In this document: one piece after another, positions 50,576 to 60,589 of the stretch | Layout: each line of letters starts with the position of its first letter | Position numbering within the stretch: the stretch's first letter is position 1 | NCBI GenBank assembly: GCA_963775425.1 | Contig: CAVZJB010000017.1 | Location: 32,001-96,000, forward strand | DNA: 64,000 nucleotides | Direction of reading: 5' to 3' | From: an uncultured delta proteobacterium | GTDB lineage: Bacteria; Myxococcota; UBA727; VGSZ01 | Notes under the pieces: model-generated | The model's database searches: none | The model's input: only the letters and a program-made list of their open reading frames with translations | What the model was told of the DNA's origin: nothing | Position numbers and translations under genes: made by a program

Positions 50576-51679
50576 CTACGAGGGCATGGTCGGGCCGCCG
50601 TCGATGCGGACGCCGACGTAGGACGGGAAGCGCGGGACGCCGTCGTTGGTGAGCTCCTGGTAGCGATAGGTGATGACCGCGCCGATGGGCGGCGGGCTCG
50701 CGCGCTCGGCGTCCGACAGGCCGGTGCCGACGTTGAACGTGATGCCGTTCGGCATGCGCACCACGAGCGCACCCACGCGGCCCTTGTGCTTCCCCTTGCC
50801 GGGCTCGTGGGCGATGACGGTGGCCTCGGCGTCGTGAAACGACTTCACCTTCAACAGCGACGAGCTGCGCCCCACCTCGTACGTGGAGCCCGGGCGGCGC
50901 AGCATCAGCCCCTCGCCGCCGAGAGACTCCACGCGCGCCAGCTCGGTCTTCAGGTGCGACAGCCCCGAGCAGCGCTCGTGCAGGTGGGCCTCGGCGAAGC
51001 CGAGCTTGTTCTTGCCGACGTGCTGCTCGACGTGCTTGAGCCGCTCTTCGAACGGGGACGCCAGGTGCGGCGCGTCGAACACCAGGTAGCGCACCTGCTT
51101 CCACGCGTCGCTCATGTCGCCGCGGCGCACGACGCTGATGGTCTTTTGGAACTGCTTGCGGCCGCCCCAGAGCTCTCCGTCGAGCGGCGTCTTCGGCAAG
51201 CCCTCCACGAACCAGTCCGGCGCCAGGAACGGGTTGCCGAGCCGCGAGATGAACCCGCTGCCGTCCCAATAGGCGCGCACGCCGTCGAGCTTCTCGCTCA
51301 TCCACCAGCCGACGAGGTCGACGTCGTTGGCCCACTTGTGCGCGAGCAGGAGCGGCGGCGCCTTGCCGCCGCCGGCAGTCGATCCCACATGTGCGGAACT
51401 GTTGCCGCTTGACGAGGTGGACGGCTTCGACGCTTTCGGGGTCTTCGAAGCGACGCCCCCGGCGGCGCCCGCGGAGAGCGGCACCCCGACGCGCGCGGCT
51501 TCGGCCGCCTCGCCGCGGAGCTTCTTCAAGTGTTTGCACGTGCGCCGGTCGAGCGTGCCGCCCTGGTGGCGCCACGCCGGGCAACTGCACGAGTACACGC
51601 CGCCGACGTTCTTCAGGACGTACGGGTCCCTGGCGGAGCCCTGCACCTCGACGGACTCGCCGTCGGCCAGATCAGCCAT
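50576..51679 (-). CDS. ATP-dependent DNA ligase with N-terminal SWIM zinc finger
   Basis: YSCSCPAW...TCKH; SEKLDGVRAYW; LDGELW; FD; EGLML; LLKVK; OB fold ending PRFP. Confidence 0.92.
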   Translation of the reverse strand: MADLADGESVEVQGSARDPYVLKNVGGVYSCSCPAWRHQGGTLDRRTCKHLKKLRGEAAEAARVGVPLSAGAAGGVASKTPKASKPSTSSSGNSSAHVGSTAGGGKAPPLLLAHKWANDVDLVGWWMSEKLDGVRAYWDGSGFISRLGNPFLAPDWFVEGLPKTPLDGELWGGRKQFQKTISVVRRGDMSDAWKQVRYLVFDAPHLASPFEERLKHVEQHVGKNKLGFAEAHLHERCSGLSHLKTELARVESLGGEGLMLRRPGSTYEVGRSSSLLKVKSFHDAEATVIAHEPGKGKHKGRVGALVVRMPNGITFNVGTGLSDAERASPPPIGAVITYRYQELTNDGVPRFPSYVGVRIDGGPTMPS

Positions 51680-53849
51680 GGTCTCCTCCCTCGATGGTGT
51701 ACGTGAGCCGTCCGCCGCCCTCGACGACGCGGTTCTCCTCGAACGCGTCGTGCCCGAGCACACCCTCGAGGAGCGCGTGGATCGCGGCGCGGTCGTCGGC
51801 GAACACGGTGGTGAACATCAAGCCCGCGCCTTCCTTCTGCAGGTGCGAGACCACGGCGTCCATCTGCACCGCCCACTGCGTCGGCCGCGCCGACGCGAGC
51901 AGCGCGCGCACGGTGACGCGGGCGCCGACCGGCGGGACCTCGTCGCACACGATGAACATCCCGCCCGGGCTGATGTCCGACGAGCGCGCGGCGATGTCCT
52001 TGCCCTCGTGGGTGAGGATGACGTCGGAGAAGAAGGCGCGCCGCGGGGTGCTGCGCTGATCCGCGGGCGAGGACAGCGGCGCGGCGCCGGCGAGGCCGGT
52101 GATGAGCCAGGCGTCGAGCCCACCCACGTATCCCTTGAGGTCGAGCCCGCGCACGAGGCGCGCCTCGACGTCGTCCTTGACGAGCTCGTAGGTCTCGTTG
52201 CTCACGAGCACTCCGCCCGGCGGCGCTTTGCCCTCGAGGCGTGACGCGAGGTTCACCGGGCGGCCGATGGCCGTGTACTCGAGGTGGTGGCGGCTGCCGA
52301 TGCTCCCCACGAACACCTCGCCGGTGGCCACGCCGATCCGCACCTGCAGCGGCTGCAGGCCGCGTTGCACCCAGGTCTCGCCGAGGCGCGCGGTGGCGTT
52401 CTGCATCTCGAGCGCCGCGCGCACGCAGCGGAGCGCGTGGTCCGCCTGCGGCACCGGGTCGCCGAAGAACGCCATGATGCCGTCGCCCATGATCTTGTCG
52501 ACGGTGCCTTCGCTCTTCAACAGGATGTCGACCATGGTGTCGAGGTACGTGCACAGGAGCTCGACGATGGCCTCCGCCGGCAACGTGTTGGACAGCGTGG
52601 TGTAGCCCTTGATGTCCGAAAACAGCAGGCTGATGGTCCGCGAGTGGCCGCGGATGTCGACGTCCTCGGGGTGCTCGAGGATCTTGTCGAGGATGTGCGG
52701 CGCCACATAGCGCTCGAAGGCCGCACGCAGCTTCTTCTCCTCGGAGTCGCGCATGGCGAGGTTGAGCACGGTGCCCACCACGAGCGCGCCCAGCGCCCCC
52801 GCCGTCGGCGACGCCAGCGGCAACCACACCGCGTAGGCGTACGCCCACGTCGCGAGCGCCCACAGCCCCGCCGTGGCCAGAACGGCCAGCGCGGACCCGG
52901 GCAGCGCGCGCAGCCGCGTCGCGCACAGGCCGACCGTCGACGCGAGCCACAGCGTGAGCACGAAGACCAGCCACGCCGGCGGCTCCTCGAGGACGCGATC
53001 GTTCATGAGGTTGTCGAGGAGGTTGGCGTGGACGAGCACCAGCGGGCGGTCGTCGAACAGCGGCACCGGCCCGCGGTCGCCGATGCTCTTGCTCGTCTGG
53101 CCCACGAGCACGAGCGCGCCCGTGAAGAGCCGGTCGAGGTCGATGTCGGGCTTTTGCCCGGTCTCGAGCGCCTGCTGCGCGAGGAGCACGTCGGCGAACG
53201 GCACCGTGTGGATGTGGAGCGAGCTCACGGTGCGGTAGTCGACCCACGCGCGGTCGCCGCGGCCGGGGCCGTGGGCGGGCGCGCCGCCGACGCGGGCGAC
53301 CGCGACGGCCAACGCGGGGAACGAGCGCCCCGCCGAGTCGAGCGAGAGCGGCACGGAGCGGAACACGCCGTCGACGCCGTTGTCGATCTGGACGTGGGCG
53401 CTCGAGGCGGCCGCCGACGCGAGCGCGGGGATGGGCGGCTCGATCTTCACCGAGCCGTCGGACAGCGGCGTGAGCTGCGCGGGAAATACGACGCACGCGC
53501 ACTTCCTCGCGGCGCGCGCGAGGGCGCCGTCGTTGTCCTCGTCGGTGGGGTCGAGGAAGAGGATGTCGAAGCCGACGGCGCGGGCGCCGTGCGCGCGCAC
53601 GGCGTCGATGAGCGCCGCGTGGAACGCGCGCGGCAGCGGCCACTTGCCCAGCGTGTCGAGGGTGCCGTCGTCGACCTCCACGACGACGATGTGCGGATCG
53701 AGCGGCTCTTCACCGCGGATCGCCAGCCGCGCGTCCAGCGTCTGCTGCTCGAAGCGCGCGAAGACGCCGGCGGCGGCGGCGGCGAACACGACGACGCCGA
53801 CGATGGCCCCCGCGGGTGCGCCCGACCATTTTCGCCAACGGTTCGCCAT
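51672..53849 (-). CDS. CHASE2-domain class III adenylate cyclase with C-terminal PilZ domain
   Basis: WPLPR, VGFDILF, DGVFR, HANLLDN; three TM segments; FSDIKGYT, DKIMGDG, YTAIG..VNLASRLE; QRSTPR...DISPGG. Confidence 0.92.
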   Translation of the reverse strand: MANRWRKWSGAPAGAIVGVVVFAAAAAGVFARFEQQTLDARLAIRGEEPLDPHIVVVEVDDGTLDTLGKWPLPRAFHAALIDAVRAHGARAVGFDILFLDPTDEDNDGALARAARKCACVVFPAQLTPLSDGSVKIEPPIPALASAAASSAHVQIDNGVDGVFRSVPLSLDSAGRSFPALAVAVARVGGAPAHGPGRGDRAWVDYRTVSSLHIHTVPFADVLLAQQALETGQKPDIDLDRLFTGALVLVGQTSKSIGDRGPVPLFDDRPLVLVHANLLDNLMNDRVLEEPPAWLVFVLTLWLASTVGLCATRLRALPGSALAVLATAGLWALATWAYAYAVWLPLASPTAGALGALVVGTVLNLAMRDSEEKKLRAAFERYVAPHILDKILEHPEDVDIRGHSRTISLLFSDIKGYTTLSNTLPAEAIVELLCTYLDTMVDILLKSEGTVDKIMGDGIMAFFGDPVPQADHALRCVRAALEMQNATARLGETWVQRGLQPLQVRIGVATGEVFVGSIGSRHHLEYTAIGRPVNLASRLEGKAPPGGVLVSNETYELVKDDVEARLVRGLDLKGYVGGLDAWLITGLAGAAPLSSPADQRSTPRRAFFSDVILTHEGKDIAARSSDISPGGMFIVCDEVPPVGARVTVRALLASARPTQWAVQMDAVVSHLQKEGAGLMFTTVFADDRAAIHALLEGVLGHDAFEENRVVEGGGRLTYTIEGGDHG

Positions 53850-53930
53850 CGCCCGCGACAGTAGCACCCGCCCGGGTGACGGCGGACCGCTTTGCCGGCG
53901 GCTCCAGGCCGCGGCCCCGGCCGCGCCCGG

Positions 53931-56867
53931 CTACATCCAGCGCAACAGCTCCGCCGTGCGCAGCTTCGATCGTGCGTCGTCGCCGCGGCGGGCGCCCGAG
54001 GGCAGCGGGTTCTTGAAGTGGTCCGCCGCCACGGCCGTCGGCTTGCCCTTCTCCGTGGCCGCCTTCTTCTTGCGCTCGGCGAGCGCCTTGGCGAGCACGC
54101 TCTTCACGTCCTGCTCGGCGACGGTGAGCTTGCCCTCCTCGGACGCGCGCCCCGCGGGGGCGGCGACGGCCACCTTGTCCTTCTTGGGCGCGCGCTCGAA
54201 GCCGGTGGCCAGAAACGCCGAGACGCCGCCCGCCGCGAGCGCAGCGTCGAACGCCTCGACGGCCTTCTTCTCGTCGCCCGCCTGCGTGTAGGCGATGCCG
54301 AGGTTGGTGAGCACGTCGCCCCGGTGCGCGCCGGCGCCGTCCAGGATGGCGCGGTAGCCGACGACCGCCGCGGCGTGGTCGCCGGAGAGCACCGCGACGT
54401 TGGCGAGGTTGTTGCGGGCCGCGACGGAGCCCGGCTTCTTCGCGAGCGCGGCGTTCAGCACCGCGCGCGCCTTGTCGACGTCACCGCCCTTGGCGAGGAG
54501 CGCGGCGTATTCGCCGGCCTCGGGCGCGGCGGCGTTCTTCTTCACGGCCGACGCCAGCCGGAGCAGCGTGGCCTTGCGCGAGCTGTCGCGCTCCGCGACC
54601 ACCTGCCGCACCTCGTCCGCGGCGCCGTCCTTATTCGGGTCGGGCTTGGCGATGGCAAGGCCGGCCGCACGCGGGAGCGCCGCCGGCGGATAGCTCGCCC
54701 AGCCCGTGCGCGTCTCGACGACGGTGAGGCCGTCGGCGCGACTCCTGGCGGCCCGCTGCACCGTGCTCGCGCCCTCGGCCCACGCGTCGCGGAAGCTCCG
54801 GCCGAGCATGGTGGTCTCCACCGGGATGTACGCCTTGCCGTCGCGCACGATGATGCGCTTGTCGTCGAAGGTGACGCGCTCGAGCGAGTCCGCGGGCACG
54901 CCCGCGGCGACGCCGACGAGCACGTGGCCGGGCACCAGCAGGAACGCCGTCTCGACCCCCACGGCCTCGAGGAGCGACGCGTACAGCACGCTGAGGTCGT
55001 CGCAGTCGCCGGTGCGCAGGCTCAAGGTCTCGCGCGGGAATTGGACGGTGTCGAGCGTGGCGGCGTTGGCGGAGACCACCGGGTCCTTCACGTACTTGAG
55101 GTGCGCCGCGCTCATCGCCTGAAACAGCGCGATGGCCTCGTTCATCGCCGGGGGCAGCGTCTCGTCTCCGTCGACGAGGGCCGCGTGCGCGAAGTTGCGG
55201 ACGTTCTCTTCCTGCGGGGTGACGAACGCGGTGATGGGCGTGCCCTCGCTCCAATCGATGGCGCGCCGGCCGTAGACGATGAGCGGCACCACGCGGCGCG
55301 CCGTCATCTTGCCGCCGCCGACGGTGTACTCGACCACGACCTCGGCTTGCGTCGGCGTGTTCTCCTCGGTGGCGAACACGGTGGCGTTGTCGAGCGTGAT
55401 CTTGAGCGGGATGTCCTTGGCGACGCCGGGCTCGACGGTGCCGACCACGGTCTCGCTCTTGAGCTGCATGAAGCGGGGCACGTAGACGGAGACGGAGACG
55501 TCGGTGGCGGCGGCGCCCTTCTTGTCGCTGTGGCGGAGGGTGATGTGCCCGACGGGGTGCTCGGCGTAGTAGCCGAGCTTGGCCGGGAAGAGGTTTTCGA
55601 GCTTGAGGTCGTCGATGCGCAGCTCGGCCACCGGCATGTCCACCGCCGGCGCGCGCGACCTGGCCGCGGTGGCCGCGCGCGCGAGCGCCTCGTTCTTCCC
55701 GCGCGAGTGGGCGCGTGCCACGGCGGGGAGGAAACCGTCGTCGAGCTTCTTCACCACCTTGGAGACGAGCGCCGGCAGCTCGTCGAGCTCGCCGGTGCCG
55801 CTGGCGACGAAGAGCTTGCCGTGGCCACCCGGCGCCCGCGCCGTGATGCTCAGCGCCACGTTCTTGCCGGCGCCGGTGGCCTCGATGGCGAGGTCGACGT
55901 CGGCGTCGCTCTTGTTGTCGACGACGTCGAGGAAGGTGACGTTCTCGAGCTCCGCGGCGACCAGGTCGGGGAGCACGCCCTTCACCCACTGGCCGCGCGC
56001 GGCGAGCTTGACCGAGGGCGGGAGCAGGAGGGCGCCGAGCTTCACGCCCCGCTTGATGTCGTAGCGCGCCAGGATGGACGACGCCGACGTCTGCACCACC
56101 TCGAGCGGCAGCGACCCGTCCTCGAGGCTGGTGGCGAGCGACTCGGCGTCTGCGGACGACGCGAGCTCGATCTTGGTGATGCCCCGGCCCGACTGCCGCA
56201 CGGTGACGTCGCTGATGCCGCGCGCGCGCTTGAGGCCGCCCTTGAGCGCCTCGATGCTCTTTCTGTCGGGCATGCCGTGCACGACGAGGTCGATGCTCTT
56301 GGGCTTGCGCGAGAGGCTTGCCACCGAGGTCTTCACGCGCTTGGCGAGCTCATCGCCGACCGTCTTGGCCGCCTTCTGCGCCGCGCCCGCGTCGGAGAAG
56401 TCGCTGCCCTTGGCGTCCACGGAGAACGCGTCGACAATCTGGGCGGTGTCAACGCGCACCAGCTTGGCCACGGCCGCGGCGCGGTAGCCGGTCAGGCCCG
56501 CCTCCGCGATGGTGCCGATCTTGGTCATCTCGACCTGGCCGAGGATGACGACGTCGGCGTCGAGGGACGACAGCACCTCGGGGATGGAGCCCGACAGCGC
56601 CATGCTCACGGCTTGCGCCTTCCTCAGCTTCTGCGCCATCTCGCCGCTCACCAGGCGGTAGCCGTCCTTGTTGAGCGACGCCGTCAGGGCCACCTCCGCG
56701 GACGTGGTGGTGGCCTTTTTGCCGTCAACCGTCTCGTCGAGCACGACCACCACCCGCGGCAGGTCGGCGGCGCGGGCGGCGCCTCCGGCGAGCGTGGCGG
56801 CGGCGACCGCGATGGCGACGGCGAGGAACGAGCGCGGCGGCGTTTGGGGGTTGCGGGTGAGCTTCAT
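53931..56867 (-). CDS. Large secreted protein with transglutaminase-like domain and TPR repeats
   Basis: Signal peptide; LKYVKDP..VQFPRETL..GDCDD..LLEAVG..PGHV..PVETT; NNLAN and TNLGIAY TPRs. Confidence 0.82.
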   Translation of the reverse strand: MKLTRNPQTPPRSFLAVAIAVAAATLAGGAARAADLPRVVVVLDETVDGKKATTTSAEVALTASLNKDGYRLVSGEMAQKLRKAQAVSMALSGSIPEVLSSLDADVVILGQVEMTKIGTIAEAGLTGYRAAAVAKLVRVDTAQIVDAFSVDAKGSDFSDAGAAQKAAKTVGDELAKRVKTSVASLSRKPKSIDLVVHGMPDRKSIEALKGGLKRARGISDVTVRQSGRGITKIELASSADAESLATSLEDGSLPLEVVQTSASSILARYDIKRGVKLGALLLPPSVKLAARGQWVKGVLPDLVAAELENVTFLDVVDNKSDADVDLAIEATGAGKNVALSITARAPGGHGKLFVASGTGELDELPALVSKVVKKLDDGFLPAVARAHSRGKNEALARAATAARSRAPAVDMPVAELRIDDLKLENLFPAKLGYYAEHPVGHITLRHSDKKGAAATDVSVSVYVPRFMQLKSETVVGTVEPGVAKDIPLKITLDNATVFATEENTPTQAEVVVEYTVGGGKMTARRVVPLIVYGRRAIDWSEGTPITAFVTPQEENVRNFAHAALVDGDETLPPAMNEAIALFQAMSAAHLKYVKDPVVSANAATLDTVQFPRETLSLRTGDCDDLSVLYASLLEAVGVETAFLLVPGHVLVGVAAGVPADSLERVTFDDKRIIVRDGKAYIPVETTMLGRSFRDAWAEGASTVQRAARSRADGLTVVETRTGWASYPPAALPRAAGLAIAKPDPNKDGAADEVRQVVAERDSSRKATLLRLASAVKKNAAAPEAGEYAALLAKGGDVDKARAVLNAALAKKPGSVAARNNLANVAVLSGDHAAAVVGYRAILDGAGAHRGDVLTNLGIAYTQAGDEKKAVEAFDAALAAGGVSAFLATGFERAPKKDKVAVAAPAGRASEEGKLTVAEQDVKSVLAKALAERKKKAATEKGKPTAVAADHFKNPLPSGARRGDDARSKLRTAELLRWM

Positions 56868-56999
56868 GGCGCCGACGACGCTAGCACGCACCCCACCCGG
56901 GCCCGCTGTGACCGCCCTCGCCTCCGCTGTCGGGTGATGTCGCACGCGCGGGACATATCGCTTCCGCACGGGGCCACGGCGCACGCTATCGTCCGCGAA

Positions 57000-58664
57000 A
57001 TGCGACACGCCGTCTCCTTTGCCGCTCTCGGGCTGCTCGCCCTGCTCGCCGCCGACGCCGCCGCTGCGACGCCGATCACCATCGTCGGCACCTCGGACCT
57101 GCACGGCAGGGTCGAGCGCACGCCGGTGCTCGCGGGCGCGCTGACGGTGCTGCGCAAGGAGGTGAAGGACGAGGGCGGCGGCGTGGTCTTCGTCGACGCC
57201 GGCGACCTCTTCCAGGGCACGCTCGAGTCCAACCTCGTCGAGGGAAAGAGCGTGATCGCCGCGTACAACATCATCAAGCCCGCCGCGGCCGCCATCGGCA
57301 ACCACGAGTTCGACTACGGCCCCGCCGGCCCGCTCACCATCCCGCGCACCGCCAAGGACGATCCGCGCGGCGCCCTCAAGGCGCGCATCCGCGAGGCGAA
57401 GTTCCCGTTCCTCGCCGCCAACCTCATCGACGAAAAGACGGGCAAGCCCGTGGCGTGGAGGAACACCAGGCCGTCCACCATCGTCACCGTCGCAGGCGTG
57501 AAGATCGGCATCATCGGCGTCACCACCATCGAGACGCCGCACACCACCACGGCCGCCAACCTCAAGGGGCTCGAGGTGACGTCGCTGCGGGAGGCCGTGG
57601 CGCGGGAGGCTGACCGCCTGCGCAAGCGTGGGGCGGTCGCGGTGGTGCTCGCGGCCCACGCGGGCGGCGCGTGCAAGGACGTGGAGCACCACGACGACAC
57701 CTCCTCCTGCGACAAGGAGGCCGAGATCTTCACGCTCGCCACCTCGCTGCCCAAAGGCATCGTCGACGTCATCGTCGCCGCGCACACGCACCAGCAGATC
57801 GCACAGAACGTGAACGGCATCCCCGTCATCGAGTCCTGGGCCAACGGCCGCGGCTTCGGCCGCGTCGACCTCGACGTCGACCAGAAGGCGCGCACCGTGA
57901 AGGTCCTGGCCATCCACGACCCCCACGCGCTCTGCGTCGACGACAGGGCGCCGGTGTGCGTGCCCGCGGACTACGACGGCCACAAGGTCGTCCCCGACAA
58001 GCGCGTCGCCGCGGTGGTGGCCCCCTACGTGAAGGCGGCGGAGGAGGCGCGGCACAAGAAGCTCGGCGTCACCGTCATCCGCGAGGTGAAGCGCGGCTAC
58101 GACACCGAGAGCGCGCTCGGCAACCTCTTCGCCGACCTCATGCTCGACGCCGCCCACGACGCCGGCTGGCCGGCCGACGTCGCCATCATGAACGGCGGCG
58201 GCATCCGCGCGAACCTGCCCGCCGGCGACCTCACGTACGGCCAGGTGTTCGAGATGATGCCCTTCGACAACCGGTACGCGCGCATCTCGGTGACGGGGAA
58301 GATCCTGCGCGAGTGGCTCGAGTCCAACCTGGGCGTCCGCAAGGGCGGCATCCTCTCCGTGGCGGGCGTGGTCGCCGACGTCTCGTGCGAAGGGAAGAAG
58401 GCGCACGTCACGCTCAAGCACCCCGACGGAAAGCCGCTCGCCGACGGCGACCACGTCGACATCGTCACCACCGACTTCCTCGCCACCGGCGGCGAAGCCA
58501 CCAAGCTCCCGCAGGGCGCGGTCACCTACGACGAGGGCGACCCCATCCGCGAGTACGTCGCGCGCGCGCTGCAGAAGCGCTTCCACTCGCTCGACGGTGA
58601 CGACGGCAGGCTCTTCGACCCGGCGCACCGACGGCTCCGACCTGGCCGCTGCAAGGCCATGTGA
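57000..58664 (+). CDS. Secreted 5'-nucleotidase/UDP-sugar hydrolase-type metallophosphoesterase
   Basis: SDLHG, DAGD, GNHEFD, AHTH, ESALGNL, NGGGIR, PFDN. Confidence 0.92.
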   Translation: MRHAVSFAALGLLALLAADAAAATPITIVGTSDLHGRVERTPVLAGALTVLRKEVKDEGGGVVFVDAGDLFQGTLESNLVEGKSVIAAYNIIKPAAAAIGNHEFDYGPAGPLTIPRTAKDDPRGALKARIREAKFPFLAANLIDEKTGKPVAWRNTRPSTIVTVAGVKIGIIGVTTIETPHTTTAANLKGLEVTSLREAVAREADRLRKRGAVAVVLAAHAGGACKDVEHHDDTSSCDKEAEIFTLATSLPKGIVDVIVAAHTHQQIAQNVNGIPVIESWANGRGFGRVDLDVDQKARTVKVLAIHDPHALCVDDRAPVCVPADYDGHKVVPDKRVAAVVAPYVKAAEEARHKKLGVTVIREVKRGYDTESALGNLFADLMLDAAHDAGWPADVAIMNGGGIRANLPAGDLTYGQVFEMMPFDNRYARISVTGKILREWLESNLGVRKGGILSVAGVVADVSCEGKKAHVTLKHPDGKPLADGDHVDIVTTDFLATGGEATKLPQGAVTYDEGDPIREYVARALQKRFHSLDGDDGRLFDPAHRRLRPGRCKAM

Positions 58665-58683
58665 CCGCCGTTGCGCGCAGCCG

Positions 58684-60483
58684 CTACTGCACCGACGACA
58701 GCGGGACCGACGCCGTGACCGTGCGCGTGCCGGGCATCGCCACCGGCTTTGCCATGTGCTCGGCCAACGACGTCGCCGCCGGGAGCGCCTCCGGGTAGCG
58801 CTCCTTCATCAGCCTCTCGAAGAAGTCGTCGAGCACCGGGAACTGGTTCACCATGGCGGTGAAGTCGTCGCGCGACATGACGAGGACGTCGACGGGCGTC
58901 GTGGCGCGGACGCTCGCCGCGCGCGGGGTGTCCTCGAGCAGCGCCTTCTCACCGAAGACGTCGCCCTTCTTGCAGGTGGCGATGGAGTGCTCGGCGGTGC
59001 CGTTCTCGGCGGGCTGGAACACCTCGACCTCGCCCGCCTTCATGATGAACAGCTCGCGACCAATCTCGTGCTTGGCGATGATGATCTCGCCGGGCTCGTA
59101 GTGGTCGACGCGCAGGCGGTCGGCGCGCATCGTCTGGATCTGCGTGATGTCCCGCGGGAAGAAGAGATCGAGGGTCCAGTCGATGGTGACGCGCAGCCGC
59201 CTCACCAGGCCGGGGAGCTTGGAGAGGTACACCGTGCGCCACGCGAACCAGGCGATGAAGCCCTTCAGGTGAATGCCCATCATGTCGGCGACGGCCTCGC
59301 GCCGGCCGAGCGACGCGAGCATCCCGAGCGCCTTGAAGTTGAACTTCTTGAGCGGCCGGCCGTCGATGCTGGCGACGATGTTGTACGCGCACGTCTTGGC
59401 CTGACGGATGGCGAACTGCGCGGTGGCCGGGCACAGGCTCTCGGGGTGGAAAGGATCGGGGACGCCGGCGTTGTCGCCGACCGCCCAGTAGCCGGGCTTG
59501 CCCGTGCAGCCGAGGGTCAGGTCGGTCTCGAACACGCCGACGGCGCGACCGTGGGACTTGCCCTCGACGAAGCCGCCCTTCTTGAGCGCCTCCTTGGCCA
59601 CGGGGTTGGCGGCGTTGCCGACGGTGCAGATGAAGGTGCGCGTGGGGAGGAACTTGCCGCTCTTGAGGTAGACACCGTGTCGCGTGGCTGCGCGCACGCG
59701 CTCCTTGAGCAGGAGCTCGACGCCGCGCTTCCTGAGCGCCTTGGTGGCGGCGGCGCCGAGGTCCGGCTTCATCTCGGGCAAGAGCACGTCACGCGAGTGG
59801 ATGAGCATCATCTTCACTTCGCTGTGCTCGATGTTGTGGAAGGACTTGATGCAGCGGTGGAGCAGCTCCGAGAGCTCACCGATGGTCTCCACGCCCGAGA
59901 AGCCGCCGCCGGCGACGACGAACGTGAGGAGCGCCTGCTTCTCGGCGGGATCGTCCTCGATGTCCGCGAGCTCGAGGCACTGGAAGACGTGGTTGCGCAG
60001 GTTGAAGGCGTCGCTCAGGTCCTTCATGGCGAGCGAGTGCTCGGAGACGCCGGGCATGGACGAAAAGTCGCTGACCTTGCCGAGGCCGAACACGAGGTGG
60101 TCGTACGGGACCTCCACGAGCTCGCGCCCCTCGCCCTGTGCGGCGAGGACCACCTTCTTTTCGCAGTCGACGCCGATCACCTTGCACCACCGGAACTGCG
60201 CGTCGGGGACGATGTCGCGGATGGGGTTGACGACGTGCGTGGCGCTGACGCCGCCGGCGGCCACCTCGGGCAGCAGCGGCTGGAAGACGAAGTAGTTCTC
60301 TTCGGACAGGAGCTCGACGTGCACGTCGCGGCGCCCACCGAGCATCTTGCTCAGGTACTTGGCGCAGTACACGCCGGCGAACCCGCCGCCCAGGATGACC
60401 ACCCGTTGCTTGGCCTCGGCGATGCGCTTCAACAGCGAAGGCGGACCCGGCTTGGCGACGGCGATGCTCGTGTGGTCGGTCAT
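58684..60483 (-). CDS. ndh: Type II NADH dehydrogenase fused to a C-terminal cyclic-nucleotide-binding domain
   Basis: GGGFAG, FQPLLPEVA, GGGFSGVE, GD, AQFAIRQA; C-terminal GEIII...GEVEV...FGEKALL...PRAASV. Confidence 0.9.
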   Translation of the reverse strand: MTDHTSIAVAKPGPPSLLKRIAEAKQRVVILGGGFAGVYCAKYLSKMLGGRRDVHVELLSEENYFVFQPLLPEVAAGGVSATHVVNPIRDIVPDAQFRWCKVIGVDCEKKVVLAAQGEGRELVEVPYDHLVFGLGKVSDFSSMPGVSEHSLAMKDLSDAFNLRNHVFQCLELADIEDDPAEKQALLTFVVAGGGFSGVETIGELSELLHRCIKSFHNIEHSEVKMMLIHSRDVLLPEMKPDLGAAATKALRKRGVELLLKERVRAATRHGVYLKSGKFLPTRTFICTVGNAANPVAKEALKKGGFVEGKSHGRAVGVFETDLTLGCTGKPGYWAVGDNAGVPDPFHPESLCPATAQFAIRQAKTCAYNIVASIDGRPLKKFNFKALGMLASLGRREAVADMMGIHLKGFIAWFAWRTVYLSKLPGLVRRLRVTIDWTLDLFFPRDITQIQTMRADRLRVDHYEPGEIIIAKHEIGRELFIMKAGEVEVFQPAENGTAEHSIATCKKGDVFGEKALLEDTPRAASVRATTPVDVLVMSRDDFTAMVNQFPVLDDFFERLMKERYPEALPAATSLAEHMAKPVAMPGTRTVTASVPLSSVQ

Positions 60484-60589
60484 GATGCGTGCCTCGATGC
60501 CGCGGACGGCGGTGAATACGGGGCGGCACGCTAGCACGTTCCTCGCGGACCGCCGTGCGGGCTCTCGCGTTCCACCGTCAGCGCTCGGT

